From the human T2T-CHM13v2.0 reference genome, Homo sapiens: 64,000 bases of DNA. Location: assembly GCF_009914755.1 (NCBI RefSeq), contig NC_060930.1. One strand, written 5' to 3'. This document shows, one piece after another, positions 58,938 through 64,000 of this stretch (position 1 is the stretch's first letter; every line of letters begins with the position of its first letter). The translations under genes and the position numbers were made by a program. The notes under the pieces are model-generated. The model was not told the origin of the DNA, searched no databases, and worked only from the letters and a program-made list of their open reading frames with translations.

Positions 58938-60584
58938 CCTTTGCTGGCTTAAAAAAAATTTTTTTTCTTGTAAATTTGTTTAAGTTCCTTATAGATGCTG
59001 GATATTAGATCTTTGTCAGATGCACAGTTTGCAAAAATTTTCTCCCATTTTGTAGGTTGTTTACTATGTTGATAGTTTCTTTCACTGTGCAGATCTCTTT
59101 CATTTAATTTGATCCCATTTGTCAATTTTTGCTTTTGTTGCAATTGCTTTTGAAATCTTTGGCTGTTCCTATGTCCTGAATGGTATTGCCTAGGTTGTCT
59201 TCCAGGGTTTTTATAGTTTTGGGTTTTACATTTAAGTTTTTAATCCATCTTGCGTTAATTTTTGTATATGATGTAAGGAAGGGGTCCAGTTTCAGTCTTC
59301 TGCGTATGGCTAGCCAGCTCTCCCAGCACCATTTATTGAATAGGGAATCCTTTCCCCATTGCTTGTTTTTGTCAGATTTGTTGAAGATCAGATAGTTGTA
59401 GATGTGCAGTCTTATTTCTGGGTTCTCTATTCTGTTCCATTGGTCTATGTGTCTGTTTTTGTGTGAGTACCATGCTGTTTTGGTTACTATAGCCTTGTAG
59501 TACAGTTTGAACTCTGGTAGCATGATGCCTCCAGCTTTGTTCTTTTTGCTTAGGATTGTCTTGGCTATACGAGCTCTTTTTTGGTTCCATATGAATTTTA
59601 AAATAGTTTTCTCTCGTTCTGTGAAGAATGTAGTAGTTTAATAGGAATAGCATTGAATACATAAATTGCTTTGGGCAGTATGGCCATTTTAACAATATTG
59701 ATTCTTCCTATTCATGAGCATGGGATGTTTTCCCATTGGTTTGTTCATCTATGATTTCTTTGAGCAGTGGTTTGTAGTTCTCCTTGTAGAGATCTTTTAC
59801 CTCCCTAGTTAGCTGTGTTCTTAAGTATTTTATCTTTCTGTGGCAGTTGTGAATGGGAGTTTATTTCTGATTTGGCTCTCTGCTGTGTGTTGTTGGTGTA
59901 TAGGAATGCTAGTGATTTTCACACATCGAGGCTTTCCTGAAGTTGTTTATCGGTTTAAGAAACTTTTGGGCTGAGACTATGGGGTTTTCTAGATATAGGA
60001 TTATGTCATCTGCAAACAGGGATAGTTTGACTTCCTCTCTTCCTATTTGGATGCCCTTTGTTTCATTTTTTCTTTCTTTCTTTTGCCTGATTGCCCTGGC
60101 CAGAACTTCTAGTACTATATTGAATAGGAGCGGTGAGAGAGGGCATTCTTGTCTTGTGCTGATAACCACTGTTTAGATGCTGCTTCTTGAATTGGTGTCT
60201 GAGCAAGAGCGGAAGCAAATCTTCATGTATTTGTATTTTGTGACAGAGTTGGAGTCATGGAACTCTAGCCTTTTCTCTCCAATATGCCTGGGTCTGGCTC
60301 CCTTGTCTACTTGCCAGCTTCTTGACACATTATGAATTTTTTTTCTTATTTTATTGTTTTCTTATTGGTGCCTGTTCTAGTTGCTTACTGTGGATGCAGC
60401 CATGGTTGTTGTTAGCATTGCAGAAATAGTGGTTGCAGGTGTTTAATTTTATGCTGGAATGTGTTTTTTTCAACTTAGTTTTTTTTGTGATTTTTAATTC
60501 TGACTTTGTCTTAATTTGTCTGGTTAATGTAAATTTTTAGGGAGAAGTATCAAAATTATTACCTAAAAAGGTATAATACTTGAT

Positions 60585-61480
<896 letters not shown>

Positions 61481-62100
61481 TACTCTTTTAGCCTGTTTTA
61501 CCCACTCTTGCTAGCAATGAGTACTATTCTTAAAAAAAAAAGCATTGCTAATGGGGTACATGCAAATATCTCATTTTTGAAAAAACTGTATCTCATGGAT
61601 GTTGTCATTTGCATTGCTTTGATTATCAGTGAGGCTGAATATTTTTCTGCTTATTAATAACTTATATTTCTACTTTTGTAAATTGCCTCTTCAGTTTTTT
61701 TTTTTTTTGTAAATTTAGGTCACTGACATTTTGCAGAGTTTATATTAATCTCCAACAAAGTTAACCTGTTTATCTCTGCCAAAAGTGTGGGTCATTTTTA
61801 ATGCTGACCTCTGCCTGTTGGTCTTGTCAAACAGTAACATCTAAGTTCTCCCTGGCAGAACTCAAGTCCAGACTTCTTAGGAACTCTGGATTGCTGAACA
61901 GAGTAAAAGTAAGTATAAGTAAGAAATGTAATTTTGGCTGACTGACTGATGAACAAAGCAATTACATATTCATTACTCCTCAATTTGTGTCATTTTCAAA
62001 GTTGATAAACATGAAGGCTAAGTCTTATCTAAGTTACTTGGAAGAAGTGTGGAAAGTTGTTATGAATCCATTCATTCCGTATATTTTATCTTCTCCTTAG

Positions 62101-62175
62101 GTGGTCCATGAGTTGGAACTTTATAACACAGGATATTATTTAGGCATGTTCATGAATTCTTTTGCAGTCTTTCAG
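62101..62175 (+). CDS. CD109: CD109 exon 16 (75 nt; VVHELELY...FAVFQ)
   Basis: ctccttag| acceptor, CAG|gtatgt donor. Confidence 0.96.
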
Positions 62176-62423
62176 GTATGTTTTGCTTGCTATATTGAAA
62201 AGATATTAATATTTTTTACTATTGCAAACCCTTTCAGAATTAGTGATCATTTTGAGATGTTAACCTTTTATTAAATGTGTCACTGAAGCGCAGTCTTCTG
62301 TAAGTATAATTTGAAATGAAAAGATAATCATCTTTCCAGTTTTAAAAGCAAATGGAACAATTCACCATTGGAAAAGTTAATGGAATTGACATTAAACAAA
62401 TAATTTTTCCTTTATGTATTTCC

Positions 62424-62503
62424 ATATAAATATATTTTATGTATATATATAATATATAAATATATTTTATGTATATATAATATATAAATATATTTTATAT
62501 ATA
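62424..62503. repeat. AT-rich ~29-bp tandem repeat (~3 copies)
   Basis: atataaatatattttatgtatatata(ta)at repeated. Confidence 0.85.
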
Positions 62504-62534
62504 TTTCCTTGACTTTGAAATGGCTCTTATGCAT

Positions 62535-62778
62535 GAGTGTGTGTGTGTGTATGTGTGTGTGTGTAAGACTGATGTGTGTATGTGTGTTTGAGAAAGATCA
62601 ATGTGTATGTGTGTGTGTGTGTTTGAGAGATCGATATGTGTATGCGTATGTGTGTGTGTGTTTGAGTGAGAAAGATCGATGTGCATGTGCGTGTGTGTGT
62701 TTGAGTGAGAAAGGTTGATGTGTGTGTGCGTGTGTGTGTGTGTTTGAGTGAGAAACAGAAAGGTTGAATGTATGTGCA
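62535..62778 (+). repeat. TG-rich minisatellite: (TG)n blocks separated by tttgag(tg)agaaagatcga-like spacers
   Basis: Direct reading. Confidence 0.9.
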
Positions 62779-62899
62779 TGAGTATACCTAAGCTCTCAAA
62801 AATGAGCACAAGTGAGTCAGGAGTTTGGGAGACTGCCTTGATAATTTAGTGAGCATTTAAACTTGTGTTTTAAAAGAAAATAAAAATTATTCTTTTTAG

Positions 62900-62960
62900 G
62901 AATGTGGACTCTGGGTATTGACAGATGCAAACCTCACGAAGGATTATATTGATGGTGTTT
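62900..62960 (+). CDS. CD109: CD109 exon 17 (61 nt; ECGLWVLTDANLTKDYIDGV)
   Basis: tttttag| acceptor, |gtaagt donor. Confidence 0.96.
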
Positions 62961-63379
62961 GTAAGTAATACATGGCGACATGCTTGTATTTGTCTTTCAC
63001 ATGATATTCAACATTACTTATATAGGTATGGATATTTTTTAGATGAACATAGAGACTGTGATTTTCATTTTTTTGTTCTCTTCTCCCAAAATGTTTGGAG
63101 TTTAATGTACTTAGAAGTACATCTGGGCCATGACATGGAACGTTCATCTGAGCTCCTGTCTAGATATTTGAAGTGAATGCTTTCCTTTTTCTCTAGGTAA
63201 TTCTTTGAGGTAGTTATATTTTTGGACATACTGGAAGCTGCTTTTCTTCTGATTTGTATCACAAACTGTCCTATTCTTTTGGAATTATTTAAAAGGAGCA
63301 ACATATTTTTGTACTCCAGCTTTTTGATGTTCACCTAGAAAATAGCCCAGATGCCATCATGCCATAAAGTATTCCGGTA

Positions 63380-63447
63380 CACACACACACACACACACAC
63401 ACAGACACAGACACACACACACACACAGAGACATAGACACACATGCA

Positions 63448-63490
<43 letters not shown>
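63380..63490 (+). repeat. (CA)n-rich microsatellite
   Basis: Direct reading. Confidence 0.95.
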
Positions 63491-63492
<2 letters not shown>

Positions 63493-64000
63493 CCTCATCA
63501 ATCTGAGTTCTTCCTGGGCAGGATTATATCTGTACATCCTAGTTTCTTGAATTGCCAAATAGAGTTGGCTGCCAAGTAATAATAAGTGTGCTTTTAGAAA
63601 GACGTCATAAAATGTTTTGACTGAAGGAAATGTATAAATGTATAAATTAGAATGGTTAACCTTAGAAGGGATTCTCTTTTCTTTCAGGTTAAGTTATACT
63701 AACATCATCTTGAAAGGCTTCTAGAACTGTCACAGTTTCTATCCCTGAATTCCCTGTTTCTGTCAGGTATTCTGTTATTCCATGCTAAGCCCCCGGGTCT
63801 CTTTGGGCTGGTTCTTGCCCCAACAGGACACCTGATCCTCTGTCCTGAAACTTAAAAGATAATTTTATAGTCTTGAAGATGTTATGAAGTCATTATGATC
63901 TCTCTACATTAAAGACATGTGGTACATTTAGCTTTCCTCATATAACCCTCTATCCTAGACAATCTTCCAAGCATGTTTTTCCATTTTTCAGTCTCAGTTT

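Noticed and set aside
59122-60169. ORFs with reverse-transcriptase-like peptides on the minus strand
   Set aside because: Broken L1 ORF2 fragments of a truncated, Alu-interrupted element; not a gene

Overview
Human (or closely related hominoid) genomic DNA from the interior of CD109, a GPI-anchored alpha-2-macroglobulin/complement-C3 thioester-family gene, on the + strand. Fifteen coding exons can be read directly, with GT-AG boundaries and continuous frame (1716 nt, roughly aa 83-655, the N-terminal macroglobulin domains; exons 3-17 by my recollection of the gene model). The rest is intronic and repeat-rich: about 29 Alus (mostly antisense), L1, L2, MIR, MaLR/ERV1 LTRs, hAT DNA-transposon remnants and microsatellites. 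Nearly all tracked ORFs are repeat-derived or spurious. I see no new gene and cannot claim a new biological system. The main unexplained structures are: a 131-bp, ~95% identical non-Alu inverted duplication ending 140 nt upstream of exon 5; an ~18-nt retro-insertion scar with a 19-bp target-site duplication in the exon 7 acceptor region; complementary TG and CA tracts bracketing exon 17; atypical A-rich acceptors at exons 8-10 inside an inverted-Alu frame; and two AP-1/MiT-E-box overlapping motifs. Repeat family names and boundaries are by eye and approximate.
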